Assembly: GCA_017608025.1 (NCBI GenBank)
Contig: JAFCGM010000001.1
Coordinates: 78,885-142,884, forward strand
Length of the DNA: 64,000 nucleotides
Origin: Candidatus Pacearchaeota archaeon
GTDB taxonomy: Archaea > Nanobdellota > Nanobdellia > UBA10117 > JABICX01
Reading direction: 5' to 3'
The translations under genes were made by a program, and so were the position numbers. The first letter of the stretch is position 1. Every line of letters starts with the position of its first letter. Below are positions 19,632-29,635 of the stretch, one piece after another. Under the pieces are notes generated by a model, which saw nothing but the letters and a program-made list of their open reading frames with translations, did no database searches and was not told where the DNA came from.

Positions 19632-22106
19632 TTATTCCAGATAAATGGCAGGTCTGCCTGGCTTTGCCTTTTTTGCTTTGTTTTCAGGGTCATATTTCTT
19701 TTTGTCATTTACTGCAAACACTTTTACTTTCTTTCCAGTTTTTTTTGACAATTTTTCTTCATTGAATATCTCAAGGTCTTTTGGAATTGCATAAATGAAA
19801 ACTTTTTTTGGCTCTTTTTTCTTTTTGTCTTTTATTATTTTTGAGATTTCAGCAATGTCTGAAATTGTGTTTTCGAATATTTTGTCTTGCTGCTCGAATT
19901 TTTCATTTATTTTTTTAGTGTCTGCTTCTGGCCAGTTTTGGATTGTAATGAATTTTTTGTTTCCGAGTTTCTCCCAAAGCTCTTCAGTTATGTGCGGGCA
20001 GAAAGGATGCAATAGCTTAAGGAAAATTTCTGCATGTTTTTTGCTTAAATTCTTTTCATCTTCAATTGCTTCAAAAAGCTCGCGAATTTTTATTGCTGAA
20101 ATATTATATTTGAAATTTTCAATGCTTTCTGAGACTTCCAAAATTGTTTTGTTTATTTTGCTTTCCAACCGTGGGCTTGTTTTTGATGGGTTGAATTCTG
20201 AATAGAAATCTATTATTCTGTTAATCAGTTTTTTGCTTCCTTGAATTCCTTTATCACTCCATTCTATATCTTTGTCTAGAGAAGCAAGAGATATAAGGAA
20301 CAGCCGTGCAGTGTCCATTCCGTATTTTTTTGAAACTGTTTCTGGCAGTATAACATTTCCCCAGGACTTTGACATTTTTCTTTTATCTGGACCGTGCAAC
20401 ATTCCCTGATTGAACAGTTTTATTGCGGGTTCGCTGAATTTCAAAAGACCCTGGTCGCGAAGGAATTTTGTGTAGAATCTGAAATAAATAAGATGCATGC
20501 AAGCGTGTTCGCGTCCGCCAATGTAAAGGTCAACAGGACACCAGTAGTTTGCCTTTTTTGAGTCAAATATTTTCTTGGAATTTTTCGGGTCAGTGTATCT
20601 GAGAAAGTACCATGAGGAGTTTACAAAAGTGTCCATTGTGTCTGTTTCCCTTTTCGCAGGTCCTTTGCATTTAGGACATTTTACATTTGCAAAAGACTTG
20701 CTTGTTTCAAGAGGATTTCCTTTTCCGAACTTAATATCTTTTGGTAGCTTTATTGGAAGTTCTTTTTCTGGAACTGGCACAGCTCCGCATTTTTCGCAAT
20801 GAATTATTGGTATTGGTGTTCCCCAATATCTCTGCCTTGATATAAGCCAGTCCCGGAGCTTGAATTGGATAACTCTTCTTCCTATTTTCCTTTTTTCAAG
20901 GTATTCTGCAATTTCATCTATTGCGTCACGATTCCAAGTTGCATTGAATTCTTTTGAGTTAACAAGATTTCCGTCGCCAGTATATGCTCGGGACATTCTT
21001 TCAGCATTAAGCTCATACATTTCAGGCTGGATTACAACTTTAATTGGAATATTATATTTTTTTGCAAACTCAAAATCCCGCTGATCATGAGCAGGAACTG
21101 CCATAACCATTCCGCAGCCATAGTCAGCAACAACAAAATTTCCAGCATAAACTGGAATTCGGTCTCCTGTTACAGGATTTTCAGCATAGCTTCCAGTGAA
21201 GACTCCTTCTTTTTCAAGCTCTTCTTTTTGTTTTTCTGAAACTGAATGAATTTTCTTCAGGAACTTTTCAACATTTTTTTTATGCTTTTCAGTTACAATA
21301 TCCATTAAGTCTGGGTGCTGTGCAGAAATCACCATGAAAGTTACACCGTAAATTGTGTCTGGTCTTGTTGTGAAAATCGGCCAAGTTTTTTCCTTTATCT
21401 TAAAGTCGATTTCAACTCCGTGGCTTTTTCCAATCCAGTGGCGCTGCATTGCTTTTATGTCTTCTGGCCATTTTTTTAATTTTTCAATGTCATTGTAAAG
21501 CTCATTAGCGTATTTTGTTATCTTGAAAAACCACTGCTTCAATGGCTTTATTTCAACATTTGTGTTTTCATGGCGCCAGCATTTTCCATTATAGACCTGT
21601 TCATTTGCAAGCACTGTTTGGCATTTTGGGCACCAATTCACGCTTGACTTTTTTTGATAAGCGAGGCCTTTTTTGAACATCTGCAAGAAAATCCATTGGT
21701 CCCATTTATAATATTCTGGATCAGAAGTTACAATCATTCTTTCCCAGTCATAGCTCAAGCCAATTGACTTGTGCTGTTTTATGAAATTCTTAATTGACTT
21801 TTTAGTGTAGTCTTCTGGATGAATTTTTGCCTTGATTGCTGCGTTTTCAGCAGGAAGTCCGAGGGCATCATAACCCATTGGATACATAACATTAAATCCT
21901 TTCATTCTTTTGTATCTGGCGAAAATGTCTCCGATTGTGTAATTGAAAGCATGTCCCATGTGAAGACCGTAAGCAGAAGGGTAAGGGAACATTTCAAGAA
22001 CATAGAATTTTTTCTTTTTTGGATTGGCTTTTGCTTGAAAGACTTTTTTGTCTTCCCATTTCTTTTGCCACTTTTCCTCGATTTTCTTAAAATTGACTGC
22101 AGTCAT
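19632..22106 (-). CDS. leuS: Leucyl-tRNA synthetase, bacterial type
   Basis: FYVLEMFPYPS..LHMGH, FTTRPDT, DWLISRQRYWGTPIP, KMSKS. Confidence 0.95.
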   Translation of the reverse strand: MTAVNFKKIEEKWQKKWEDKKVFQAKANPKKKKFYVLEMFPYPSAYGLHMGHAFNYTIGDIFARYKRMKGFNVMYPMGYDALGLPAENAAIKAKIHPEDYTKKSIKNFIKQHKSIGLSYDWERMIVTSDPEYYKWDQWIFLQMFKKGLAYQKKSSVNWCPKCQTVLANEQVYNGKCWRHENTNVEIKPLKQWFFKITKYANELYNDIEKLKKWPEDIKAMQRHWIGKSHGVEIDFKIKEKTWPIFTTRPDTIYGVTFMVISAQHPDLMDIVTEKHKKNVEKFLKKIHSVSEKQKEELEKEGVFTGSYAENPVTGDRIPVYAGNFVVADYGCGMVMAVPAHDQRDFEFAKKYNIPIKVVIQPEMYELNAERMSRAYTGDGNLVNSKEFNATWNRDAIDEIAEYLEKRKIGRRVIQFKLRDWLISRQRYWGTPIPIIHCEKCGAVPVPEKELPIKLPKDIKFGKGNPLETSKSFANVKCPKCKGPAKRETDTMDTFVNSSWYFLRYTDPKNSKKIFDSKKANYWCPVDLYIGGREHACMHLIYFRFYTKFLRDQGLLKFSEPAIKLFNQGMLHGPDKRKMSKSWGNVILPETVSKKYGMDTARLFLISLASLDKDIEWSDKGIQGSKKLINRIIDFYSEFNPSKTSPRLESKINKTILEVSESIENFKYNISAIKIRELFEAIEDEKNLSKKHAEIFLKLLHPFCPHITEELWEKLGNKKFITIQNWPEADTKKINEKFEQQDKIFENTISDIAEISKIIKDKKKKEPKKVFIYAIPKDLEIFNEEKLSKKTGKKVKVFAVNDKKKYDPENKAKKAKPGRPAIYLE

Positions 22107-22181
22107 GATTAAGATATATATTTACTTAGTTTTAAAAGTTTTATTAAATCCCGTGTTCAAGTGCTTTTTCAAGTGCAGATT

Positions 22182-22442
22182 TTAATTTAATGTTTTTCTT
22201 TCTTCTAAGTCATATTTTAGGTCAATCATCCATGCATCTCGTTTGTATTCATTAATGTATCTGAAAGCATATACTTTATTGAAAAAATCCAAAAAGTAAA
22301 CTGCTTCATTTACTTCTGCTTGAAATCTTGGAAGTTCTTTAATGTCTTTTAGTATTACTAATCCCATTTCTTTTAAATAAAGCATTGTTTTGTTAGATAT
22401 TTGTTCTGGAAATTCCATTATGCTTTTTTGAAATGTTTGCAT
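22182..22442 (-). CDS. Hypothetical protein (86 aa)
   Basis: C-terminal part of the 137-aa ORF; ATG at 22442 avoids overlap with the tRNA and repeats. Confidence 0.45.
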   Translation of the reverse strand: MQTFQKSIMEFPEQISNKTMLYLKEMGLVILKDIKELPRFQAEVNEAVYFLDFFNKVYAFRYINEYKRDAWMIDLKYDLEERKTLN

Positions 22443-22489
22443 TTCCAAATGCTTTTTTCGAGCGAAGCGAGAATTTTTGGCAACTTGCA

Positions 22490-22529
22490 GAACCTTTCTT
22501 AAAAAGAAATGTTCATGAAAGAAGAACTT
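22490..22529 (+). repeat. Family-A REP-like hairpin
   Basis: aacctttcttaaaaagaaatgttcatgaaagaagaac, same stem as 11515. Confidence 0.55.
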
Positions 22530-22551
22530 TAGTTTTTTGAAAAAGGCAGAG

Positions 22552-22689
22552 CGAGCCCGGAGGGATTCGAACCCACGATCTACAGCTTCCTTCAACCTGT
22601 CGCAGAAGTTTTTTTCCGCGAACGCTTTTCTTTTTAGAGAAAAGGGCTCTTAGAAGGCTGTCGCCCTATCCAGACTAGGCTACGGGCCC
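22552..22689 (-). tRNA. tRNA-Arg(TCT) with 63-nt intron at 37/38 (intron 22588-22650)
   Basis: GGGCCCG/CGGGCTC acceptor; ACAGC-CTTCTA|A-GCTGT after splicing; bulge-helix-bulge with CTTC/GAAG central helix. Confidence 0.93.
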
Positions 22690-22710
22690 AGAAATAAGAA
22701 CTTTGACTAA

Positions 22711-22719
22711 TTTATAAAA
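22711..22719 (-). promoter_or_regulatory. Archaeal TATA box for tRNA-Arg
   Basis: TTTTATAAA 22-30 bp upstream of the tRNA 5' end, preceded by a purine-rich BRE-like stretch. Confidence 0.5.
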
Positions 22720-22839
22720 GTTTTCAATATTTTTTCCAACAAAAATTTAGGAATAAAGCATATTTAATTGTTTAACTCTAGTAGCAAAATATTTAAAAAC
22801 ATCATTTTTGAGTAACAACATAACACACTTGGAGAATTA

Positions 22840-25137
22840 ATGATGAAAAAAATACTTTTATTAACTATACTAGCAGTAACTTTACTTGTCAGTTTTTCAG
22901 CTGTGAATGCAGCAGTTGTTATAAATGAATTTGAGCCGAATCCAGATGATGGATGTCTTGATTGTGCTGAGTGGGTTGAGATAAGAAGAACAACTTCAAG
23001 TGACCCAACATCTTTTGTTTTGGATGCTGGCGGACAAAATACAAGCTTTTCTTTTAATTCTGAAGGCTATTTAGTTGTGACGGGCAACTTGTCTGTTTTT
23101 TCAACAATGTATCCAAATGCTTCTGGAACAATTATTGAAGGGAATATAAGCTTAAATAATGACAAAGATACAATAATAATATACAATTCTTCAAATAATG
23201 CTGTTTTGGATAATGTAACATATGGTGATTTTTCATCAAAAGAAGGACAATCTTTAGGATTATATTATGATAATCTGAATGACCATTACTATTCATATGC
23301 AAACCCAACACCAACACAACAAAACCCTGATGTATTACCTCCAGGTAAACCAACTAACATCAATTCAGAAGTAGGTTTGTCCTCTATTAAATGGACCTGG
23401 ACAAACCCTTCTGATGAAACAGATGGCTCTGGATTCAAGCATGTTGAAGTCTACTTGAATGGCGTATTTCAGGAAAACTCCACTTTAGGAGAATTTACTG
23501 CAACAGGACTTACAAGAGATACAATTTACACTATAAAATTAATTGCTGTTGATAATGCAGGGAACAAGGCTGGTGAAGTTACAAGCCAGACAAAAACTCT
23601 TGCACAAGGAGTTTACATTAAATCAGTTGATTTGAGCAGAGAAGTTGATTCAGAAAGGCAGACTGTTGTTGAGACTTCAATAATAAACAATACTGCGCTT
23701 GAAGATTATTCTGCGCTTTCTTATGAGATTTCAAACTTGAAATGGGAAGGGAAAGATTCTTATTCATTTGAAAGTCCTGAGTTCATATCAATAAGGCAAT
23801 CACCAATAAGCCTTGCAAGTGGCTCTTCAGCAACTCTTGTTTTTGATGTTACAATTCCTTCAAGAAGTGAGGTTGAAGGATATGGTTATTATAAGGCAAC
23901 ATATAGAGTTCTTGAAGGCACAACAGAACTTGCCACAGAGTCATTCAACTTGAGGCTTTTGCCAGAAGATTATGATAATGACTTAGAGATTTCAGACATT
24001 GACTTAGATGATGATGAGCTTTTCCCTGGAGATGAGACAACTCTTGAAATTGAAGTTGATAATAACTTTGATGATGACATTGATGATGTTGAAGTTATTG
24101 TGCTAAATGAGAATCTTGATATTGATGAATCTTTTGACATTGGAAGCATTGATGAGGGAGATGATGCAACAGTATCAGCTGATTTACAAATTCCTTATGA
24201 TTCTGAAGAAGGAGATTATACTCTTTTAATTTTGGTTACTGGGGAAGACCCAGATGGAAATGATATCTCAACTTATGATTTAATTGATTTGAGTGTTGAG
24301 AAAGATAGCCATGATTTGGTCATTTCTGAAATAGATGTTTCAGATGAGGAAATAAGCTGCGGGTCAATACTTTATGTTGATGTGGAAGTTACAAACATTG
24401 GAACAAGTGATGAAGATGACCTTGTTATAAGGCTTAAAAACAGTGAGCTTAACTATGAGGAAATTGAAACTCTTGATGAGCTTGAGGAAAATGAGGACGA
24501 GACATTCACTTTTGAAGTAAGGCTTCCTGTCGACATTGACTCTGGAGCTTATATTTTTAATGCTGAGATTGAATATGATGACGATGAGGATCAGGACAAT
24601 GACAATCATTTGAGAAGTTCTGTAGGAGTGACAATTAACTGCGGGGAAAGTAACGCAAGAGGAGAAACTGGCGAAGCAACGCTTTCCGGAGACATGGAAA
24701 AGACAATAACTCAAGGAACAAATGCAGTGTTTTCATTTGAGCTTGAGAATATTGGTGATAAAGATGCAGAGTATGAGTTGAAAGTTTCTGGATATTCTGG
24801 ATGGGCTTCTGAAGTTGTAACTGAACCAGAAGGAGTTTTCATAATCTCGCCTGGTGAGACAGTTCCAGTTAAAATATATGTTTATCCAGAATCAGACGCA
24901 GCTGGAAGCGCAAGCTTGTTTTTGAAAGTTTACTCAAATGATGAAGTTGTTATTTCAGAAACAATTTCTCTGAACATTGTTTCTTTAAGAGAACGAGCAG
25001 AAACTGGTGGAGAAATTGACTATTCAACAATTTTCCTTGTTGGCGCAATTGTTGTCGGAATTGCTGCCCTAGCAGGAATTTATATATTTGCAAACAAAAA
25101 TTCATTGCTTAATGGCAGGAAAAAGAGGGAAAAATAG
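22840..25137 (+). CDS. Surface/S-layer-like protein (lamin-tail, FN3 and CARDB/Ig-like domains, C-terminal TM)
   Basis: Signal peptide; VVINEFEPNP...EWVEI; PPGKPTN...GLTRDTIYTIKLIAVD.AGN; very acidic Ig-like repeats; TM plus basic tail. Confidence 0.85.
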   Translation: MMKKILLLTILAVTLLVSFSAVNAAVVINEFEPNPDDGCLDCAEWVEIRRTTSSDPTSFVLDAGGQNTSFSFNSEGYLVVTGNLSVFSTMYPNASGTIIEGNISLNNDKDTIIIYNSSNNAVLDNVTYGDFSSKEGQSLGLYYDNLNDHYYSYANPTPTQQNPDVLPPGKPTNINSEVGLSSIKWTWTNPSDETDGSGFKHVEVYLNGVFQENSTLGEFTATGLTRDTIYTIKLIAVDNAGNKAGEVTSQTKTLAQGVYIKSVDLSREVDSERQTVVETSIINNTALEDYSALSYEISNLKWEGKDSYSFESPEFISIRQSPISLASGSSATLVFDVTIPSRSEVEGYGYYKATYRVLEGTTELATESFNLRLLPEDYDNDLEISDIDLDDDELFPGDETTLEIEVDNNFDDDIDDVEVIVLNENLDIDESFDIGSIDEGDDATVSADLQIPYDSEEGDYTLLILVTGEDPDGNDISTYDLIDLSVEKDSHDLVISEIDVSDEEISCGSILYVDVEVTNIGTSDEDDLVIRLKNSELNYEEIETLDELEENEDETFTFEVRLPVDIDSGAYIFNAEIEYDDDEDQDNDNHLRSSVGVTINCGESNARGETGEATLSGDMEKTITQGTNAVFSFELENIGDKDAEYELKVSGYSGWASEVVTEPEGVFIISPGETVPVKIYVYPESDAAGSASLFLKVYSNDEVVISETISLNIVSLRERAETGGEIDYSTIFLVGAIVVGIAALAGIYIFANKNSLLNGRKKREK

Positions 25138-25303
25138 TGAAAAAATTATGTTCACTTGAGCCCCTTTTAGAAAAAGCGGCTGCGGAAAACACAGCAGGCA
25201 AGCAAAAAATGATGCCTGCAAGCCCCGTTTGGAAAAAGCGGCTAAGACTGCGTCTAAGGCGGCTACGCCTTCTGCGGAAAAGTGAAAAAATAATGTTCAC
25301 TTG
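25136..25303 (+). repeat. 23-bp direct repeat flanking two family-A elements, one empty and one carrying a CT module
   Basis: agtgaaaaaattatgttcacttg (25136-25158) and agtgaaaaaataatgttcacttg (25281-25303). Confidence 0.8.
25242..25273 (+). mobile_element. CT-bounded two-hairpin micro-module, copy 4
   Basis: CTaAGAC-tgc-GTCTaAG GC GGC-tac-GCC TTCT; the empty site gaaaaagcggCTgcggaaaa is at 25170-25189. Confidence 0.75.
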
Positions 25304-25377
25304 GCAAAGCAAAGCCTTATAAAGGCAATTCTTTGCTGAGTATAATATTCCAAATCTGATTTGGAGGTGCAAATTAA

Positions 25378-26982
25378 ATGAAAAACCTATGGAAAAAAGG
25401 AATACTTGGAATTTTAGGAATTATTGTATGTTTAGCCATGACAACAGCTGTTTCAGCTTATAGCATGGTGAATGTGCAAGATACAAATATAGAGTTGACA
25501 ACAGATGACGCAGTTATTCCTATACCAATAACTTACACAAATGATGGCAGTGATGTTGATATAACTGTTATAATGGACGCAAGTCCAGTTAATGACTACA
25601 CTGAACAGCAGTTTTCTATTGGAGGAAGTGTTACACCTGTTTCAGATGTAATTAACTTTCCTGTATCTGGAGAGCTTCCAATGGGAGAAATTACTGTTTC
25701 TGTGAATATTTCAGGACCAGATGCAGTTTATATTGGTAGTTCAACAGACAATAAGAACGGAGAGTTCTTTGATATAACTCTTACTGTAACAGAAGCAATT
25801 CCAGACAAAGACACAGAAATTGCTCCTGGTTTGATAACAGAAATTGACATTGAGGAAGATGAAGTTGCTCCTGGAGTAGATGTTGAGTTTGAAGTAGTTC
25901 TTGAAGCTGCTGAAGACGAGCGTTTTGAGGATGTAACAATAACTGCTTGGCTAGAGGATGTTTACGGTGAAAGACTTACAGACAAATACGAGACTGGAGA
26001 ATTCAATCTTGGAAGAACAGATGACGACGATGAAGAGTCTAGATTCATGACAATTGAAGTTCCAGAAGATGCTGATGAGGAAGAATATTTCCTTGTTGTA
26101 AGAGTTGAAGGAACAGAGATTGAAAATGGAGTCGGAATTGAAGGACTTTTGGACATGTCAAGAAATGACATAATCGATGTTGTGAGAAACGAGCACTCAT
26201 TGGAAATTCAGTCAGTTGAAACAAGAGGAACAGCAGCAGCTGGCTCAACACTTGACTTCGTAGTTACTGTTTTGAACAACGGAAACAATGATGAAGACGA
26301 TGTTGTAATTCGAGTTGCAGTTCCAGAACTGGGAATTTCACAAGCTTCAATGCCAATGACAATTGAAGAAAGTGAGGAAATTACAAATTACTTCACAATT
26401 TCAATTCCACAGAACGCTGAAGCAAATGAGTATTCAGTTCTTGTAAGTGCTTTCAACTCAAAGTATACTGATGTCTCTCAGTTTAGTCTGGATGTTTCAG
26501 GAACAGAAGCTAAAGAGGATTCACAAATAGTTGTAAACACTGGCGATTCAATAAAGTCAGTTGGTGAATCTGGAGCAGTTTTTACTGTATCCTTAACAAA
26601 CACTGGTTCAAATGCAAGAACTCTTTCATTAGAAGCTAGCGGAGTCAGAAACTGGGGAGAAATTAGCATCAACCCAGCAACTGTTGTTGTACCAGCAGGT
26701 TCAACAAAAATTGTTTCTGTTTTTGTTACAGCTGACGAAGGAGTTAAAGGAGACCAGCAATTTAGTCTTTTTGTAAGAGAAGACTCAAAAATTGTTGACA
26801 GTATTTCCTTTACTGCAGAAATTGACTCAGATAATGTGGACACTGTTTCTTTGACAACAGCACTTAAGTGGGGAATTGGAATTTTGATTCTGGTTCTTGT
26901 TGTAGCTTTTGTTGTTTGGTCATGGAGACGTGAAGTTTCTGAGACAAGCGGAAAAAAGAAGTCTGGTAGAAAATACTACTAG
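25378..26982 (+). CDS. Putative S-layer-like/CARDB-repeat surface protein
   Basis: GGAGGTG SD, signal peptide, acidic Ig-like repeats similar to 22840-25137, C-terminal TM and KKKSGRKYY tail. Confidence 0.85.
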   Translation: MKNLWKKGILGILGIIVCLAMTTAVSAYSMVNVQDTNIELTTDDAVIPIPITYTNDGSDVDITVIMDASPVNDYTEQQFSIGGSVTPVSDVINFPVSGELPMGEITVSVNISGPDAVYIGSSTDNKNGEFFDITLTVTEAIPDKDTEIAPGLITEIDIEEDEVAPGVDVEFEVVLEAAEDERFEDVTITAWLEDVYGERLTDKYETGEFNLGRTDDDDEESRFMTIEVPEDADEEEYFLVVRVEGTEIENGVGIEGLLDMSRNDIIDVVRNEHSLEIQSVETRGTAAAGSTLDFVVTVLNNGNNDEDDVVIRVAVPELGISQASMPMTIEESEEITNYFTISIPQNAEANEYSVLVSAFNSKYTDVSQFSLDVSGTEAKEDSQIVVNTGDSIKSVGESGAVFTVSLTNTGSNARTLSLEASGVRNWGEISINPATVVVPAGSTKIVSVFVTADEGVKGDQQFSLFVREDSKIVDSISFTAEIDSDNVDTVSLTTALKWGIGILILVLVVAFVVWSWRREVSETSGKKKSGRKYY

Positions 26983-27006
26983 ATTTTTCTTTCTTTTTTT
27001 ATTTAT

Positions 27007-27239
27007 CTTTTTCTTTTTTGAAAAAAGAAAACCAATGCTAAAAAAACTATTTAATTTTTAATATCTTCTGCAAAAGAACTTTTTATTTCTTATATTATAA
27101 CTATTGAACCCTTTTAGAAAAAGCGTTCACGGAAAAACTTTTAGAAAAAGTTTCATCAAAAAAAGAATATAAGATAAGAGCTTTTCTTAGAAAGAACATC
27201 TTCTGCAAAAGAACTTTTTATTTCTTATATTATAACTAT
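27007..27239 (+). repeat. Cluster of four family-A hairpins with a perfect 42-bp direct repeat
   Basis: atcttctgcaaaagaactttttatttcttatattataactat at 27063-27104 and 27198-27239. Confidence 0.85.
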
Positions 27240-27287
27240 CAGAGTGAATAAAAGTATATATACTAATTTTTAAAATTAATTACTATA

Positions 27288-29495
27288 ATGTTAAAGCTTA
27301 ATATTAAACTAATAATCATTGTTTTAGCAGTATTGATTGTTCTTCCAAGTGCATTTGCTGCATCTGATTTTGATGTATTTTCATCGCAGGATTCAAAAGA
27401 AACTTGCCCAAGTTATTTTGTTGTTTATGAATATACTATTAAAAACACAGGAGATGAGGTCGACAGCTACACTGTTTCAAAAAGCGGGCTTGCTGCTGAC
27501 TGGGCTATTGCTTCTCCGTCTGGTTTTGTTTTGCAGCCAGGCCAAAGCCAAGATATTTATGTTTATGTTACTCCAAGCAAAAATGCCTTAACTGGAGAAT
27601 ATTCTCTTGAAATAAAATTTAGTTCAGAAAATGCAGGTTCAGAAAAGATTTTAAATTCTTTAATTGTAAAGGACTGCAATGCAGTTGAATTAAGTGCAGA
27701 AGACAAAAGCATTGATATTTGTTCAGGAGAGCTTGCAGAGCTTTCATTTCAGATTGCAAATGAAGGGATTTGGACAGAGACTTTTGACCTTTTTTTAAGT
27801 GGCAAGATTGCTGAGCATGCTTCATTGAATAAGGAGGTTTTGAGACTTGAGCCAGAGCAAACAGATGAAGTTGTGATTCAGGTTGACACTTCTCAACTTT
27901 TAAAAGGAGAGTATTATCTTTCTGCAACTGCAGAATCAAGAGAAAGCGAAGCTGCAGACATTTTGGATTATGTTCTTAATATTGAGGGATGCTACGGCTT
28001 TTTGGTTTCAGCAGAGTCCTATTATGAGCAGTGCGAGAATTCAAAAGAAGAGGCTTCTATTTTAATTGAAAACATTGGAAAGTCAACAGACACATTTGAA
28101 CTTGAGGTTTCAGGTCCAGACTGGGCTTCTCTTGGAAGAAGAAGAATTATTATTCCTGGAGGAAGTTCAGAAGAAATTACGCTTTTCCTTTCTCCAGATT
28201 ATAAAGATATAGGCACACAAGACATAAAGGTTTCTGTTAGAGCAGTTAATGGCGGAGAAACAAAAGAGCTTGAAATAAAGTCAAAAGTTAATGAATGCTA
28301 CGGTGTTCGGGCAGACATTTCAAGAGAATCTGACATTGTTTGTTCAGGAAATTCTGTTGTTTATCCTGTTAGCATTAAAAATGTGGGAGAATTTAAAGAG
28401 GATTTTGTAGTTAGTTTAGATGGACCAGAATGGGCTAAAATTGACGAAGATTTTTTATCTTTGGATGCAGGTGAATCTCGTGAGTTTAATTTGAAGATTT
28501 CAGTTCCAAAAGATGCAGAAGCTGGCGATTATGATATTAAGCTGATTGCAGAGCTTCAGAATAACAAAGGAATTTCAAATTCAGATGAGATTTCAATAAA
28601 TGTTCCTACAAAAACAGACTGCTTTGGAATACTTGTTGAGGCGGAATTAGATAAAATCGATGTTCCTTATGGTGAAGCTGCTTTGATTCCAATTCTTATT
28701 GAAAATGTAGGTCGCGAGACAGCAACATATGTTCTTGATATAAGCGGAACAGGTGTGAGTTATGTTAATTTAAATCCTTCAGCAATTGAAGTGAAAAGCG
28801 GAACATCAGAGATAGCTTATTTATATATTTCAGTTCCAGAAGATGCAGACAAGGAAATTTATGAAGTTGTTATTTCTGCAAGAGATGAAAATGGAGTTGT
28901 TTCAAGTTCCACAAAAGTGAAGTTTTCCCCATATGAACGATCTGAGGAGGAGACAATTATTTTAGTGAACAAGACAGAAGAAGAGTCCTTTTTTTTGAGG
29001 ATTTTTTCAAAAATAAGATTGTGGTTTACTCCTACAGAAGAGCCTGCTGAGAGTTTTACAGAGGAAGCTTTTGAAGAGAAGACTGAAGCAGGTGCTGAGG
29101 GGGAAGAGCAAGCAGAAGTTTCTGAGGAGCTGAAGGAACAGGAAAAAGAAGCTGAGAAGCAGGCAAATGAAACTCAGGAAGGCATTGAGGAACATAAAGA
29201 AACAGAAGGAAAGGGTTTTGGATATTATTGGAATCTTGCTAAAAGCAACTGGCACTTAGTTTTAATTGGCACCTTTATATTTATTCTTTCAGTAGCAATA
29301 ATTAAAGTTGCTTTTACTGAGGAAGATGAAGAGCTTAAAAATCTTATATTTGAAAGAGAAAATGGCAAAGGCACTAAAAAGAAAATTGAAAAGAAGATGC
29401 CATCAAAATCCAGGAAAAGGAAATCAAAAGAAGGATTGAAAAACAAAGCCAGGGTCTATTGGGAAAAGTTCAAAAAATGGCTTGAAGAAGAGTGA
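27288..29495 (+). CDS. Surface protein with about five NEW3/CARDB-like Ig repeats and C-terminal TM
   Basis: Repeats of C...I.N.G...D.F.L..SGP.WA...L.PG; Glu-rich linker; TM; charged tail. Confidence 0.85.
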   Translation: MLKLNIKLIIIVLAVLIVLPSAFAASDFDVFSSQDSKETCPSYFVVYEYTIKNTGDEVDSYTVSKSGLAADWAIASPSGFVLQPGQSQDIYVYVTPSKNALTGEYSLEIKFSSENAGSEKILNSLIVKDCNAVELSAEDKSIDICSGELAELSFQIANEGIWTETFDLFLSGKIAEHASLNKEVLRLEPEQTDEVVIQVDTSQLLKGEYYLSATAESRESEAADILDYVLNIEGCYGFLVSAESYYEQCENSKEEASILIENIGKSTDTFELEVSGPDWASLGRRRIIIPGGSSEEITLFLSPDYKDIGTQDIKVSVRAVNGGETKELEIKSKVNECYGVRADISRESDIVCSGNSVVYPVSIKNVGEFKEDFVVSLDGPEWAKIDEDFLSLDAGESREFNLKISVPKDAEAGDYDIKLIAELQNNKGISNSDEISINVPTKTDCFGILVEAELDKIDVPYGEAALIPILIENVGRETATYVLDISGTGVSYVNLNPSAIEVKSGTSEIAYLYISVPEDADKEIYEVVISARDENGVVSSSTKVKFSPYERSEEETIILVNKTEEESFFLRIFSKIRLWFTPTEEPAESFTEEAFEEKTEAGAEGEEQAEVSEELKEQEKEAEKQANETQEGIEEHKETEGKGFGYYWNLAKSNWHLVLIGTFIFILSVAIIKVAFTEEDEELKNLIFERENGKGTKKKIEKKMPSKSRKRKSKEGLKNKARVYWEKFKKWLEEE

Positions 29496-29496
29496 T

Positions 29497-29583
29497 TTAT
29501 CTTCTTTTTTTGTAAAAGTAGTATGCTGCAGCTATAATTGCAATAATTGCAACAGCGCCTACAACAAGGTATGTTGTTGCCAT
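29497..29583 (-). CDS. 28-aa single-TM micropeptide (below the ORF-track cutoff)
   Basis: MATTYLVVGAVAIIAIIAAAYYFYKKRR; fills the intergenic gap. Confidence 0.6.
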   Translation of the reverse strand: MATTYLVVGAVAIIAIIAAAYYFYKKRR

Positions 29584-29635
29584 GTTTTGGAGAAGAGATT
29601 ATTATTTATTTAGTTATGTAATTATTTTTAAGTAA

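Noticed and set aside
22443-22595. N-terminal part of the 137-aa ORF
   Set aside because: It runs through tRNA-Arg and repeat hairpins.
25109-25372. 61-aa and 87-aa ORFs between surface genes
   Set aside because: They are translations of the repeat cluster.
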